Shown: one piece after another, positions 52,385 through 61,546 of the stretch | How positions within the stretch are numbered: the stretch's first letter is position 1 | Layout of the letters: each line of letters begins with the position of its first letter | Assembly: GCA_964392435.1 (NCBI GenBank) | Contig: CAYMOY010000002.1 | Span: forward strand, 247,261-311,260 | Direction: 5' to 3' | Source of the DNA: Candidatus Micrarchaeota archaeon | GTDB lineage: Archaea; Micrarchaeota; Micrarchaeia; Anstonellales; Anstonellaceae | DNA length: 64,000 nt | Position numbers and translations under genes: made by a program | Notes under the pieces: model-generated | The model's database searches: none | What the model saw: the letters and a program-made list of their open reading frames with translations, nothing else | Told to the model about the DNA's origin: nothing

Positions 52385-52672
52385 TCACTGGTCCATCAGT
52401 TCCAGCGCCTTTTTTACTGACATCCCCTCGCGTATCCCCAGGTCGTCAGCCCAGGTGGTGAAGGTCTTTATCTTCGCCTTGAAAAAGTCCTCAAATGTCT
52501 TCACTCCTGTGACAAATGCGGCGACATCCCCGTACTTTTCAGCAGCGTCCTTGGAGACGTAGCTGCAGGCAACATAGCCTTTCTTGGCTTTTACGATAAG
52601 GAGCGGCACATTGCCAAGAGGGAAGCTCACCCCAACATACTCGCGTCCTTCAAAAGTCAGCTTTTCCTCCAT
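52385..52672 (-). CDS. DUF1805-like small protein, hypothetical
   Basis: 95 aa. PLLIVKAKKGYVACSYV...VTGVKTFEDF pattern. Confidence 0.4.
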   Translation of the reverse strand: MEEKLTFEGREYVGVSFPLGNVPLLIVKAKKGYVACSYVSKDAAEKYGDVAAFVTGVKTFEDFFKAKIKTFTTWADDLGIREGMSVKKALELMDQ

Positions 52673-52706
52673 CCACTCGCCTCCTATTTGAAGTCCAAAA
52701 GGGCTT

Positions 52707-53009
52707 CTACCAGCGCTTGCCAGAATTCCAACTTTCAGACTGGAATCTCTGGGGCCTGTCAGGGCGGCCTGCCTGCCTGATGGCCTTGTTTTTCAGCTTC
52801 TCAAAAATCCTGCGGTGCTTCCCGCAGGATATGCAGTAGTAGTTCTCGATAAAAGTGCTGGACCGTACGTCATCAGCGGTTTTAAGCTCGGTGGAATAGA
52901 CATTCATCTTGCCGAACTTGACTGATTTGTCCTTGGGCATTGTCCTGCCGCACGAAGCGCAAGTCACCAGTCTTTCCCGTCCTCTTGTCTTGTTCGCCAT
53001 AAATGTCAC
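52707..53009 (-). CDS. rps26e: Ribosomal protein S26e
   Basis: RGRERLVTCASCGRTMPKDKSVKF...YYCISCGKHRRI...GRPDRPQRF matches S26e (C..C..VPKDKAI...YC.SCAIH...R.P.RF). The ATG overlaps the spt4 stop (ATGA). Confidence 0.6.
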   Translation of the reverse strand: MTFMANKTRGRERLVTCASCGRTMPKDKSVKFGKMNVYSTELKTADDVRSSTFIENYYCISCGKHRRIFEKLKNKAIRQAGRPDRPQRFQSESWNSGKRW

Positions 53010-53194
53010 CTTTCCCTAATTTTGATGGCATATCTGCCGGGAGACTTTACCCCCAGCTTCTGCCCGATTTGCGACTTTTCAGGGTCAAGCACGATAAGCT
53101 GACCTGAAAATTTTTCAGTAAGCTCGGTTCCCTGGCAAGCGGGGCAGGAAGCCCCTTCCATCACAAGCAGTCTGCAGTTCTTGCAAGCTTTCAT
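53006..53194 (-). CDS. spt4: Transcription elongation factor Spt4 / RNA polymerase subunit E''
   Basis: MKACKNCRLLVMEGASCPACQGTELTEKFSGQLIVLDPEKSQIGQKLGVKSPGRYAIKI is the Zn-ribbon Spt4 signature; 62 aa. Confidence 0.8.
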   Translation of the reverse strand: MKACKNCRLLVMEGASCPACQGTELTEKFSGQLIVLDPEKSQIGQKLGVKSPGRYAIKIRER

Positions 53195-53201
53195 AAAAAA
53201 A

Positions 53202-53798
53202 TCACTTCGTATCCTCTTTCTTCACCTTTTTCTTCTTTTCAGCTGGAGCCTCTCCCTCTGGCTTTTTGGCGGAAAGCCATTCCTCCTTGCCCAGGCCGTC
53301 CGGCCTCATGGTAAGCCCGATTTTGGTCTCAGGTATGCTGCCCTTCATGCTCACAGTTGAAATCTTGGCAAACACATGGTCTGCCTTCTTGAGGGATTTT
53401 TTGCTCTCCCTGCCGGTAAATGACATCGTCTTCTTGTTGTAAGTCAAAAAATCATTTGCAATCTGCGAAAGGTGCACCAGGCCTTCCATGGGACCAAGAG
53501 CCAGGAATGACCCGAACTCCACAACCTCTGAGACTTCGGATTCGACTATCTCGTTGATTTGGGGGATATACGAAAGAACCTCGAATTCAACGTCGTAGTA
53601 GGCGGCGTTGTCGCTAGGTATCACCACCCCGTCGCCTGCTGCCTTGGAATTCCAGACGGCAAGTATCACCCCTGCCTCCTTATCGATGCGCCTCTCATAC
53701 TTTTCGCGCAGTATCTGGGTTAGTGCCTCCTCCAGCTTCATCGAGAAGAACTGGGCAGGAAGGCGAACCCTGTCTTTGCATGTGAGCACGTAGTACAT
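53202..53798 (-). CDS. rpoE: DNA-directed RNA polymerase subunit E' (Rpo7) with S1 domain
   Basis: MYYVLTCKDRVRLPAQFF...; S1-like C-terminal half; Lys-rich tail; 198 aa. Followed 8 nt later by spt4. Confidence 0.85.
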   Translation of the reverse strand: MYYVLTCKDRVRLPAQFFSMKLEEALTQILREKYERRIDKEAGVILAVWNSKAAGDGVVIPSDNAAYYDVEFEVLSYIPQINEIVESEVSEVVEFGSFLALGPMEGLVHLSQIANDFLTYNKKTMSFTGRESKKSLKKADHVFAKISTVSMKGSIPETKIGLTMRPDGLGKEEWLSAKKPEGEAPAEKKKKVKKEDTK

Positions 53799-54042
53799 AA
53801 GTCCACCATTCGCCCCGCGCCATTCAGCAGCCTTGCAATCCAGGCATAAGTGCCGTGAAAATCGCCAAAGTGCGCCTTTCGGCTTTCAACACAGGCAGAG
53901 CCTGTATCCTAGGGGCTTGTTCCTCCCCCGTTATGCCGAAGAATGTTTAAAAATGGCACCTATTCTGCAAATTAAGGCGACAATGGGCAACTGGATGCTC
54001 ATCGCCCAATGCAAGGTAAATGTTCCAGGTGCAAAAAAGGGC

Positions 54043-54894
54043 CTATTTTGCCTGCAGATAGGCTTTCTGCAGCGCAAGCGCATCCTTTTCAATCAGGGGC
54101 GACTCGCAAATCACTTTGCCCCCCCAGCCGTTTTCCTTCCAGGCTTGCGCAAGCGGGGCAAAGGGCGGCGAGCCAGACGAAACAGGCAAATGGTTCCGCT
54201 CGCCCTTGTCTGAAAACTCTATCCCCGAAAAGTGGCAGTGAAATTTCTTAGAGGCGCCCGAGCCAAGTTTTTTCTCAACTTTTGAGAGAATAGACAAGTA
54301 ATCCTCCTTTGTTTTCAATTTTCCTTCTCTGGCATGATAGTGCGCGTAATCAATGACTGGTACCATCATTTCCAGCCCGAAGTGCTCTGCCAAGTCAATT
54401 ATCTCATCAAGCGAGCCATAGGCGGACTTCTTACCTGTAAGCTCTGCCCCCAGGACAACGCCGTGTATCTTGCGCGCTTCCATTTCCTCCAGGCATTTTT
54501 CATAAGTGGCAATCACCAGCTTCCTGCACTCTTCTGCGCTTCTTCCCATGTAATGCCCGGTGTGGATAACGATTGGCGAGGCGCCAAGCCAATAGGCTGC
54601 CTGCGCAGTGGAAACAATGTAATTCACGCTGGCGTGCAGCTTGGGCTTTTCCTTTGCGCAGCAGTTTATGTAGTACGGAGCATGGCAGGAAAGAAGCACA
54701 TCATTTTCCTTGGCAACAGCGCCAGCAGCGCGCGCCTTTTCCTCCCCCATGTTCACCCCGTGCACGAACTCAATCTCCATTGCGCCAAGCCCGAGCTGAC
54801 GGCAGTATTCAATGCCAGCTGCCGTTCCCTCGCCAGGCGTTTCAATAGGGATGCCAGCAGGGCCAAATCGTATCTGGGAGGAAGCCATAATCAC
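54043..54894 (-). CDS. nfo: Endonuclease IV (AP endonuclease family 2)
   Basis: LLSCHAPYYINCC (HAPYLINL), IVIHTG (VVHPG), VIDYAHYHA and FHCHFSGIE metal-binding motifs; 283 aa. Confidence 0.8.
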   Translation of the reverse strand: MIMASSQIRFGPAGIPIETPGEGTAAGIEYCRQLGLGAMEIEFVHGVNMGEEKARAAGAVAKENDVLLSCHAPYYINCCAKEKPKLHASVNYIVSTAQAAYWLGASPIVIHTGHYMGRSAEECRKLVIATYEKCLEEMEARKIHGVVLGAELTGKKSAYGSLDEIIDLAEHFGLEMMVPVIDYAHYHAREGKLKTKEDYLSILSKVEKKLGSGASKKFHCHFSGIEFSDKGERNHLPVSSGSPPFAPLAQAWKENGWGGKVICESPLIEKDALALQKAYLQAK

Positions 54895-54936
54895 ACCAGT
54901 TTTTCATTCTGGCCCGGCATTTGCCAGGCTGCCATA

Positions 54937-55347
54937 TCACACCAATTTTTCATCTTCCTCAGTCAATTTCCTGCCCAGGTGCTTGTAAAGCGCCAGCTTG
55001 AAAACCTTTAGCGGCAGAAGCGCGCACTTGAGCCTGGTCGGGCCAGGGTCAATGCCAAGAAGGGAAAGCACCTGCTCCTTGCCAATTTTCTGCGCCTGCC
55101 CAAGAGTTTTCCCCTTTGCCTCCTCTGTTATCATGGAGGCAGAGGCAGTGCAGATTGCGCACGCGGTTGCATTGAACGCTATGCTGGATATCTTTCCCTC
55201 CTTTATCGCAAGCTGCATGCTCACAACATCCCCGCACAGCGGATTGGAGTCCTGCGCCTCGGAGTCGGGCTTTTCCAGCACTCCCTGATTCCGAGGCCTC
55301 TTGTAATGGTCAAGTATGTTCTCGCGGTACATGTCCGGCGTTGCCAT
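54937..55347 (-). CDS. sufU: Fe-S cluster assembly scaffold protein (SufU/NifU N-terminal-like)
   Basis: NPLCGDVVSMQL...FNATACAICTASASMITEEAKGKTL. Three conserved Cys; 136 aa. Confidence 0.8.
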   Translation of the reverse strand: MATPDMYRENILDHYKRPRNQGVLEKPDSEAQDSNPLCGDVVSMQLAIKEGKISSIAFNATACAICTASASMITEEAKGKTLGQAQKIGKEQVLSLLGIDPGPTRLKCALLPLKVFKLALYKHLGRKLTEEDEKLV

Positions 55348-55403
55348 GCAATCACTGTCTGTTCCAAATTATTTTCCGCGCCAAGCTTCTCATCAGTGCC
55401 GAT

Positions 55404-56615
55404 TCAGCCCAGCCTCCTGGCGCATCTTTTCATGGATGAAACCAGCCTGCCAACTTCCTCTTCCGTATTGTAGAGGTAAAAGCTGGCCCTGCAGGTGGCA
55501 GCTTCCCCCAGCAATCCCATCAGCGGCTGCGCGCAGTGGTGCCCTGCCCTGATGGCTATCCCATCCTGGTTGGCAAACTCTCCCGCATCATGGGCGTGTA
55601 TTTTCCCAATATTGAATGAAAGCAGCCCAACCTCCTTTCTTCCCAGCCTATGGAATCGTATGCCTGGCACCGAAGAAAGCTCCTCCTCGCAAATCCTAGT
55701 GAGCAGATTCGAATGCGCCTCGATTTTTTTCATGCCTATGCACTTTAGGTAATTAACAGCAGCGGCAAGGCCGACTGCGCCAGCGACATTTGGAGTGCCT
55801 GCCTCGAACTTTTGCGGGGGCGCGGCAAACTCCGACCTGTCAAAGCGCACGGATTTTATCATGTCCCCTCCCCCGAAGAGGGGCGGCAGCATTTCCTGCA
55901 GCTCTTTTTTCATATACAGCACGCCTATTCCCATGGGCCCGCACATCTTGTGCCCGGAAAAGGCAAGAAAATTGCATCCCATTTTTCTCACATCTATCCC
56001 GATGTGGGGCACGGTCTGCGCAGCATCCACGCAGGAGTAAGCCCCGCTCTCCTTTGCCAATCTGCAAAGCTTTTTCGCATCATTCACCTCCCCAAGCACG
56101 TTTGAGGCGTGCGAAAACGAGAAAATCACCGGGTGTTCGCGCAGCTTGGAGGCAGTTTGTCCATAGTCCAGCGCCCCGTCTTGCATTATCGGGGCATAGT
56201 CCAGCCCCATCCTGTTTTCTTTCGCATTAATCTGCCATGGCACGATGTTGCTGTGGTGCTCCATCTGGGTGAGAAGCACGCTGCCCTTCCCCGCGCTTTT
56301 GCAGACAAGCTGTGCCACAACATTCAGCGACTCGGTGGTGTTGCGGGTGAAGATTATCTCCTCGGGCGCTGCGCCTATGAACGATGCTATTCTTGCGCGC
56401 GCCTGCTCGTAGGCAAGGGTGGATTCCTCGGACAGGCGATAGGCGCCGCGGTGCACATTGGCATTGCAGCTCTTGTAGTAATCTGCAATGGCATCTACCA
56501 CCTGCTTGGGCTTTTGCGTGGTGGCGGCATTGTCAAGGTAGGCAAGTTTTTTCCCATTCATCTTCCTGGAAAGTATCGGGAAGTCCCTGCGTATTTCCTG
56601 AACATCAAGCACCAC
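55404..56615 (-). CDS. sufS: Cysteine desulfurase SufS (class V aminotransferase)
   Basis: YLDNAATTQKP, HRGAYRLSEEST, HHSNIVPW, SGHKMCGPMGIGVLY (PLP Lys) and catalytic Cys region. Start proposed at GTG 56615 (VVLDVQEIRRDFPIL aligns with SufS N-termini), abutting the sufD stop. The track ORF starts at TTG 56675 with a 58-nt overlap. Confidence 0.85.
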   Translation of the reverse strand: MVLDVQEIRRDFPILSRKMNGKKLAYLDNAATTQKPKQVVDAIADYYKSCNANVHRGAYRLSEESTLAYEQARARIASFIGAAPEEIIFTRNTTESLNVVAQLVCKSAGKGSVLLTQMEHHSNIVPWQINAKENRMGLDYAPIMQDGALDYGQTASKLREHPVIFSFSHASNVLGEVNDAKKLCRLAKESGAYSCVDAAQTVPHIGIDVRKMGCNFLAFSGHKMCGPMGIGVLYMKKELQEMLPPLFGGGDMIKSVRFDRSEFAAPPQKFEAGTPNVAGAVGLAAAVNYLKCIGMKKIEAHSNLLTRICEEELSSVPGIRFHRLGRKEVGLLSFNIGKIHAHDAGEFANQDGIAIRAGHHCAQPLMGLLGEAATCRASFYLYNTEEEVGRLVSSMKRCARRLG

Positions 56616-56616
56616 A

Positions 56617-57765
56617 TCAATCCCCTCTGAACACGCTTCGCGCGCCCCTTTCAAGCTCTTTTTCCATATCTGCAAGCGCCTGCCTGCCGAGGCAGCCTTT
56701 CGCCAAAAGCTCGGTTAGGAAGCCTTGCAGCACCAGCCTCTTTGCCTCCTGCCCGCCTACGCCCCTGCTTTGCAAATAGAAAAGCTCCTCACTATCCATT
56801 GGCGCAATCGCAGAGCCGTGGCCTGCCGAAACATCGTCATTGTGCACAAAAAGCTGCGGCACAATGCGTGAAGAGGCCTGCTCTGACAAAAGCATGCTTT
56901 TTGCCAGCAAATTGGTGTCCGAGCCAGGCGCCCCACTTTCTATGTGGACACCACCACCCATCCTCACCGCGGACTTTCCGGCAGAAGCGCACTTGAAAAC
57001 AATGCGGGAATATGTGTTTTTGGCAAGGTGGAAAAGATCGGCGTCCCTTTCCAGCCTCTGGCTTTTCCTGGCAAGCGAAACCTCGTAGCGCTCGCACCTG
57101 CTCCCCTCCCCTTCCTGCAGTATCGCCTCTTCCTCCTTTCTTGCGGCTGAGCCGATGTTGCAGGAAAGAAGCCGCAGGCAGCTTGCCTTTCCCAGCCTGG
57201 CAATCAATCCAAGGGCGCTTTTGCAGCGCGCCCCATTGTTCTGCAGGCTGCCAAAATCTGCCTGCGCGCCTTCCCCAAGCACAATCGCCCTGCACTCATC
57301 CGCGCTTGCTGCAAAAGAGGTTTTCACAAAAACAGATGCTCTTGCCCTGTCAGCAAAAATGAAAAAAGAGGCGAAATACTCAGGCGGCTTCCCGGAAAGC
57401 TCAAGCGACACACTCGCCATGCCGCTGCCTCCAGCAGCAACAACAATTGCATCTGTGAAAAGGGCAAGCGAAAGGAGATAGCTGTCAGGCTCGCGCCCGG
57501 TCAACGGCTTGCCAAGCTGCTCCTGCAGGGCATTGCCCTTGGAAAGCGCCCTCTCAATTCCCACCACAGCCGCGCTGCCGCTGCAGCTCGCCCTCACGCG
57601 CATATTCCCTTTTGAAATATTGAAGCCTGAAACCTCGGCGCTTCCCCTCCTTTTTTGCAGCAGGGCAACAGCTTCCAGCCTTTTGCCAAGCAGCCACTCC
57701 GGCTCGCCTAGGAAAGAGGACGCTTTGCGCGCAGCCTGCGCCAGGGGCATTTTCCTCTCCATCAT
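56617..57765 (-). CDS. sufD: Fe-S cluster assembly protein SufD
   Basis: C-terminal ELFYLQSRGVGGQEAKRLVLQGFLTELL is the SufD signature; 382 aa. Confidence 0.8.
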   Translation of the reverse strand: MMERKMPLAQAARKASSFLGEPEWLLGKRLEAVALLQKRRGSAEVSGFNISKGNMRVRASCSGSAAVVGIERALSKGNALQEQLGKPLTGREPDSYLLSLALFTDAIVVAAGGSGMASVSLELSGKPPEYFASFFIFADRARASVFVKTSFAASADECRAIVLGEGAQADFGSLQNNGARCKSALGLIARLGKASCLRLLSCNIGSAARKEEEAILQEGEGSRCERYEVSLARKSQRLERDADLFHLAKNTYSRIVFKCASAGKSAVRMGGGVHIESGAPGSDTNLLAKSMLLSEQASSRIVPQLFVHNDDVSAGHGSAIAPMDSEELFYLQSRGVGGQEAKRLVLQGFLTELLAKGCLGRQALADMEKELERGARSVFRGD

Positions 57766-59192
57766 CCCACCGCGCCTTCCATTTCCATCTCAACCAGCCG
57801 GTTCATCTCAACAGCGTACTCCAGGGGCAGCTCCTTAACAATCGGCTCGATGAACCCGCGCACCACCATGGCAACCGCATCATCAGGCGATATGCCCCTG
57901 CTTTGCAAGTAAAAAAGCTGCTCATCAGAAATCCTGCCAACCGAAGCTTCATGCCCGACCGTTGCGTCGCGAGTGCGTATGTCCATGGTCGGCACGGTCT
58001 CAGCCTTGGACTTTCCATCAGCCATTATGCTGTCGCAGCGCACGCTCGCCTTCGCCCCTGCGGCATTCCTTGCAACGCTGAGCATTCCCCTGTATCGCAC
58101 CACCCCCCCATCGCGGCAGATGCTTTTGCTGATTATCCTGCTGCTGGTGCTTGGCGCCAGGTGGAATACCTTCGCCCCAGTGTCTTTCACCTGTCCGGCC
58201 CCTGCAAGGGCAACGCTCAAATGCTCGGCGCGCGCCCCTCTACCGGCAAGCACGCTGCATGGGTAAAGCATGGTGACCCCCGAGCCCAGCGTGCCGCCCA
58301 CCCATTCCATCACCGCGTTCTCCCCGACAATTGCGCGCTTGGTATTCAGATTGTAGACGTTCCTGCTCCAGTTCTGTATCGAGGTGTAGCGCACGCGGCT
58401 GCCTTTCCCTGCGAATATTTCCACCACTGCAGAATGCAGCGAGTTTTTGGTGTAATGCGGGGCAGAACAGCCTTCGATATACTGCACCTGGCTCCCTTCT
58501 TCGGCAATGATGAGCGTGTGCTCGAACTGCCCAAATCCCGGATAATTCATCATGAAGTAAATCTGCAGCGGAGAGGGCACCTTCACGCCCCGCGGCACGT
58601 GGACAAAGCTTCCCCCAGACCAAAAAGCGCCGTGCAGCGCGGAAAATTTGTTGTCTGAGGCAGGAACGCAACGCGTCATGAAGTATTTCCGAACAATCTC
58701 CGGATATTCGCGCACCGCGCTGTCCATGTCTGTGAATACGACTCCAATCTCAGTTAGGTTGCGCCGCAGGCTCTTGTAAAGCACCTCGGAATCGTACTGC
58801 GCGGAGGCGCCAGCCAGGAATTTCCGCTCTGCCTCTGGCACGCCCAGCCTGTCAAAAATGCTCTTTATTTCCTGGGGCACCTCTTCCCAGCTGTTTGCCT
58901 GCGTGCCGTTTTCTTTCCCTTTTGGCCTGACAAAGCCCACAAGCGCGCCAAAGTCCAGCCCGGACAGGTTTGGTCCCCAGGAAGGCATCGGTTTTTTCTG
59001 GAAAATTTCAAATGACCGTATCCTGTGCTGCCGCATCCAGTCCGGCTCGCCTTTCAAATCGGAAATCTCCTTCACAATGTCCAGCGTCAGCCCCGGATGG
59101 CGCGCCTTGTAACCGACATGGAGCCCTTTTCCTTTTGGCTCGGGCTGGAGAAGAGCATCCCTTCCATAGTCCCTGCCCACACTCCTGCCCAT
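57762..59192 (-). CDS. sufB: Fe-S cluster assembly protein SufB
   Basis: C-terminal DEQLFYLQSRGISPDDAVAMVVRGFIEPIVKELPLEYAVEMNRL; 476 aa. A 4-nt overlap with sufD. Confidence 0.9.
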   Translation of the reverse strand: MGRSVGRDYGRDALLQPEPKGKGLHVGYKARHPGLTLDIVKEISDLKGEPDWMRQHRIRSFEIFQKKPMPSWGPNLSGLDFGALVGFVRPKGKENGTQANSWEEVPQEIKSIFDRLGVPEAERKFLAGASAQYDSEVLYKSLRRNLTEIGVVFTDMDSAVREYPEIVRKYFMTRCVPASDNKFSALHGAFWSGGSFVHVPRGVKVPSPLQIYFMMNYPGFGQFEHTLIIAEEGSQVQYIEGCSAPHYTKNSLHSAVVEIFAGKGSRVRYTSIQNWSRNVYNLNTKRAIVGENAVMEWVGGTLGSGVTMLYPCSVLAGRGARAEHLSVALAGAGQVKDTGAKVFHLAPSTSSRIISKSICRDGGVVRYRGMLSVARNAAGAKASVRCDSIMADGKSKAETVPTMDIRTRDATVGHEASVGRISDEQLFYLQSRGISPDDAVAMVVRGFIEPIVKELPLEYAVEMNRLVEMEMEGAVG

Positions 59193-59201
59193 GGCACCGA
59201 C

Positions 59202-59942
59202 CTATTGCACGCTCCGATAAGCCCACTCATAGCCGTCTTTTTCCAGCTTGTGCGCCAGCCTCTCATCCCCTGAAAGGATGATTTTCCCGTCGCGCATCAC
59301 ATGCACTGCATCCGCCCTTATGCCGCGCAGTATTCTGGCATAGTGCGTCACAATCACAAGCGCAGTGTCCTTTTTCCTAATCCTGCCAAGCATTTCTGAA
59401 ATCTTGGAAAGCGCGTCCACGTCCAGGCCCGAGTCCAGCTCGTCCAGCAGGGCAACGCGCGGCTCAAGGAGGGCAAGCTGCAGTATTTCGCTGCGCTTTT
59501 TCTCCCCGCCGGAAAAGCCCTCATTAACGCCTCTGGCGGCAAAGCCCTTTTCCATCCCGAGCATCCGCATTTTTGCATCCAGCACTTTCTCAAACTCAAG
59601 AACAGATATTTCCCTCCCGAACCGCGCGGCATAAGCCCTTCTCAGGAAAGAGGAAAGCGGCACGCCGGGCACCTCGCTTGGTGACTGAAACGCCATGAAC
59701 AGCCCGGCGCGCGCCCGCTCATGCGGTTTCATGGAAAGCAGATTTGCGCCATCAAGCATTGCCGAGCCAGAAACAGAATACCTCGGGTGCCCTGCGAGGG
59801 CTGAAAGAAAGGTGGATTTGCCAGAGCCGTTCTGCCCCATTATGACGTGCACTTGCCCGGGCTTGAGGCTAAGCGAAACCCCCCGCACGATTTCCTTTCC
59901 CCCAACTGACGCCCTCAGGCCCTCAACCTCGAAAAAAGCCAT
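59202..59942 (-). CDS. sufC: Fe-S cluster assembly ATPase SufC (ABC-type)
   Basis: Walker A GQNGSGKSTFLSAL; ABC signature FSGGEKKRSEILQL; Walker B LLDELDSGLD. Start at ATG 59942 (MAFFEVEGLRASVGGKEI). The track ORF starts at 60011. Confidence 0.9.
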   Translation of the reverse strand: MAFFEVEGLRASVGGKEIVRGVSLSLKPGQVHVIMGQNGSGKSTFLSALAGHPRYSVSGSAMLDGANLLSMKPHERARAGLFMAFQSPSEVPGVPLSSFLRRAYAARFGREISVLEFEKVLDAKMRMLGMEKGFAARGVNEGFSGGEKKRSEILQLALLEPRVALLDELDSGLDVDALSKISEMLGRIRKKDTALVIVTHYARILRGIRADAVHVMRDGKIILSGDERLAHKLEKDGYEWAYRSVQ

Positions 59943-59946
59943 CAAA

Positions 59947-60285
59947 TCACGCCTTTTTTCCAGCGCAGACCAGGCAGGGGTCATCACCGGAGTTTTCAGT
60001 GCCCTTGGCAAGCGAGATTATTTTCGCTATTTCCAGGTTGAGCGCCTTGCCCTTCACTTTCCCGCCTGCAATCCTGCTTGCAAGTTTGCAGCACGCCTCC
60101 CTTGCGCTGCTGCGTATCCTCGCCCCCCCTCGTTTTCCCGTTATGTATTGCGAAACAGCGGCAGGGGTGGTGCCCAGCACCGAGGCTATTTCGTTTCTGC
60201 TGGCGCCTGACTTTTCCAGGCAAACGGCAAGCTCCCGCGATATTGCTGGCAATATCCTCCAATGCACCTCTGAGCAGGGCAACAC
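59947..60285 (-). CDS. XRE-family HTH transcriptional regulator with C-terminal cysteine cluster (candidate suf operon regulator)
   Basis: HTH LEKSGASRNEIASVLGTTPAAVSQYITGKRG. Cys residues in ...ACCKLAS...DDPCLVCAGKK. Ends 4 nt before sufC. Confidence 0.45.
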   Translation of the reverse strand: MLPCSEVHWRILPAISRELAVCLEKSGASRNEIASVLGTTPAAVSQYITGKRGGARIRSSAREACCKLASRIAGGKVKGKALNLEIAKIISLAKGTENSGDDPCLVCAGKKA

Positions 60286-60339
60286 GGCATCACCAAGTCA
60301 ATAACAATTGTTAATGCTTAAATAACAATCGTTAAATTT

Positions 60340-60984
60340 CTACTTAAAAACCTTCCCGGTCTCCTCTGCCCAAAAAAGAAGGTCCAGGCGCGCCATGGGT
60401 ATGCCAATCTTGCGGCAGAAGGAGGACATCCGTTTTTCTATATGGGCATATCTTTTCGGAGTCAGGCTTTTCGGGCTCTTCCCAATCGCGCCGTATCTCG
60501 CCAAATTCCTGAGTATGTGCCGGTCAAGTATGGCAACCGTCTCCCCCCTGCCGACATTGCGCATATAATGGCTGGCTTCCTTCCATCCAATGCCCTTCAC
60601 TGATTTCAAAAGCGCCTCCCTTGCCATCCTTTCGCTTCCTGTGAAAGTAATGGCAGATAGGCGCCTGAAGCCGCCCGGTGAGAATTTTTCCCTCGCCTCC
60701 ACAATATATTTCGCCTTGTTGTTGTGGAAACGAGATTTTCCGCGCAGGACGGAAGCAATCCGGGCTACGCTCCCCCTGTAGAGCAATCCTGCCCCTTTCA
60801 GCTCCCGCACCGCCTCATCGCAGGAAAAAGCCTTGCTTTGCGGGGTGAGTATGCAAAAGACAAGCTCCTCGAAAAGCGCTTGCGGCCCCGAAAGACCGAC
60901 TTTTTTGAAATGGAGGAGGCGGGCTTCTATCTCCTTCTCCCTTGCACGGTATTTTGCAACCAATTCCTTCTTTGCGCCCTTCAT
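60340..60984 (-). CDS. ogg: 8-oxoguanine DNA glycosylase/AP lyase (archaeal Ogg, HhH-GPD superfamily)
   Basis: HhH motif LKSVKGIGWKEASHYMRNVG plus the following Asp (GETVAILDRH). Start at ATG 60984, 4 nt after the upstream stop. The track ORF starts at 61014. Confidence 0.6.
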   Translation of the reverse strand: MKGAKKELVAKYRAREKEIEARLLHFKKVGLSGPQALFEELVFCILTPQSKAFSCDEAVRELKGAGLLYRGSVARIASVLRGKSRFHNNKAKYIVEAREKFSPGGFRRLSAITFTGSERMAREALLKSVKGIGWKEASHYMRNVGRGETVAILDRHILRNLARYGAIGKSPKSLTPKRYAHIEKRMSSFCRKIGIPMARLDLLFWAEETGKVFK

Positions 60985-60988
60985 CTTC

Positions 60989-61534
60989 TCACAGCTTCCC
61001 CTCCAGCTCTCCATGCCCTGGGCACAAGAGCCGGTATGGGATTTCTTCTATGGCCTTGAGGCTTGCGGCAAGCTCTTGCGCATCCCCGCCCAAATCGGTC
61101 CTTCCAACGCCCTTTCCGGCGAATTTGGTGTCACCTGAAAACAATAGCCCGGTTGTCCGGTCAAACACGCAAATGCTGCCCTCAGTGTGCCCTGGCGTGT
61201 GGAAAAAATCAATTCTGTGCGAGCCGAATTCCATGGCTGCCATTGGGTTTGGCTTGGCGTTTTCAGGTATGCTCACATACGGGCCCTTAAAATCAAATTC
61301 AGCCGGGTGCAAAAGAACCTGCCCCCAATCCGGTTTCACCCCCCTCGTGTGGTCAAAATGCCCGTGCGTCAGCAAGCAGATATCCGGTGCAAAATCAAGG
61401 GGGGCGATGCCATCGCCAGCGTCGACAATCAGCCGTTTGCCCCCCTCCTCAATCATGTAAACTGTGCCGCATACCCTTTCATCCAGTCTCAGCATTGAGG
61501 TGTGCTTGGCTATTTGCTTAAACATGGTGCGCAC
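60989..61534 (-). CDS. Metallo-beta-lactamase-fold hydrolase (glyoxalase II-like)
   Basis: LLTHGHFDHTRG (HxHxDH) and HTPGHTEGS; 181 aa. Confidence 0.75.
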   Translation of the reverse strand: MRTMFKQIAKHTSMLRLDERVCGTVYMIEEGGKRLIVDAGDGIAPLDFAPDICLLTHGHFDHTRGVKPDWGQVLLHPAEFDFKGPYVSIPENAKPNPMAAMEFGSHRIDFFHTPGHTEGSICVFDRTTGLLFSGDTKFAGKGVGRTDLGGDAQELAASLKAIEEIPYRLLCPGHGELEGKL

Positions 61535-61546
61535 CAGCTTGGGAGG

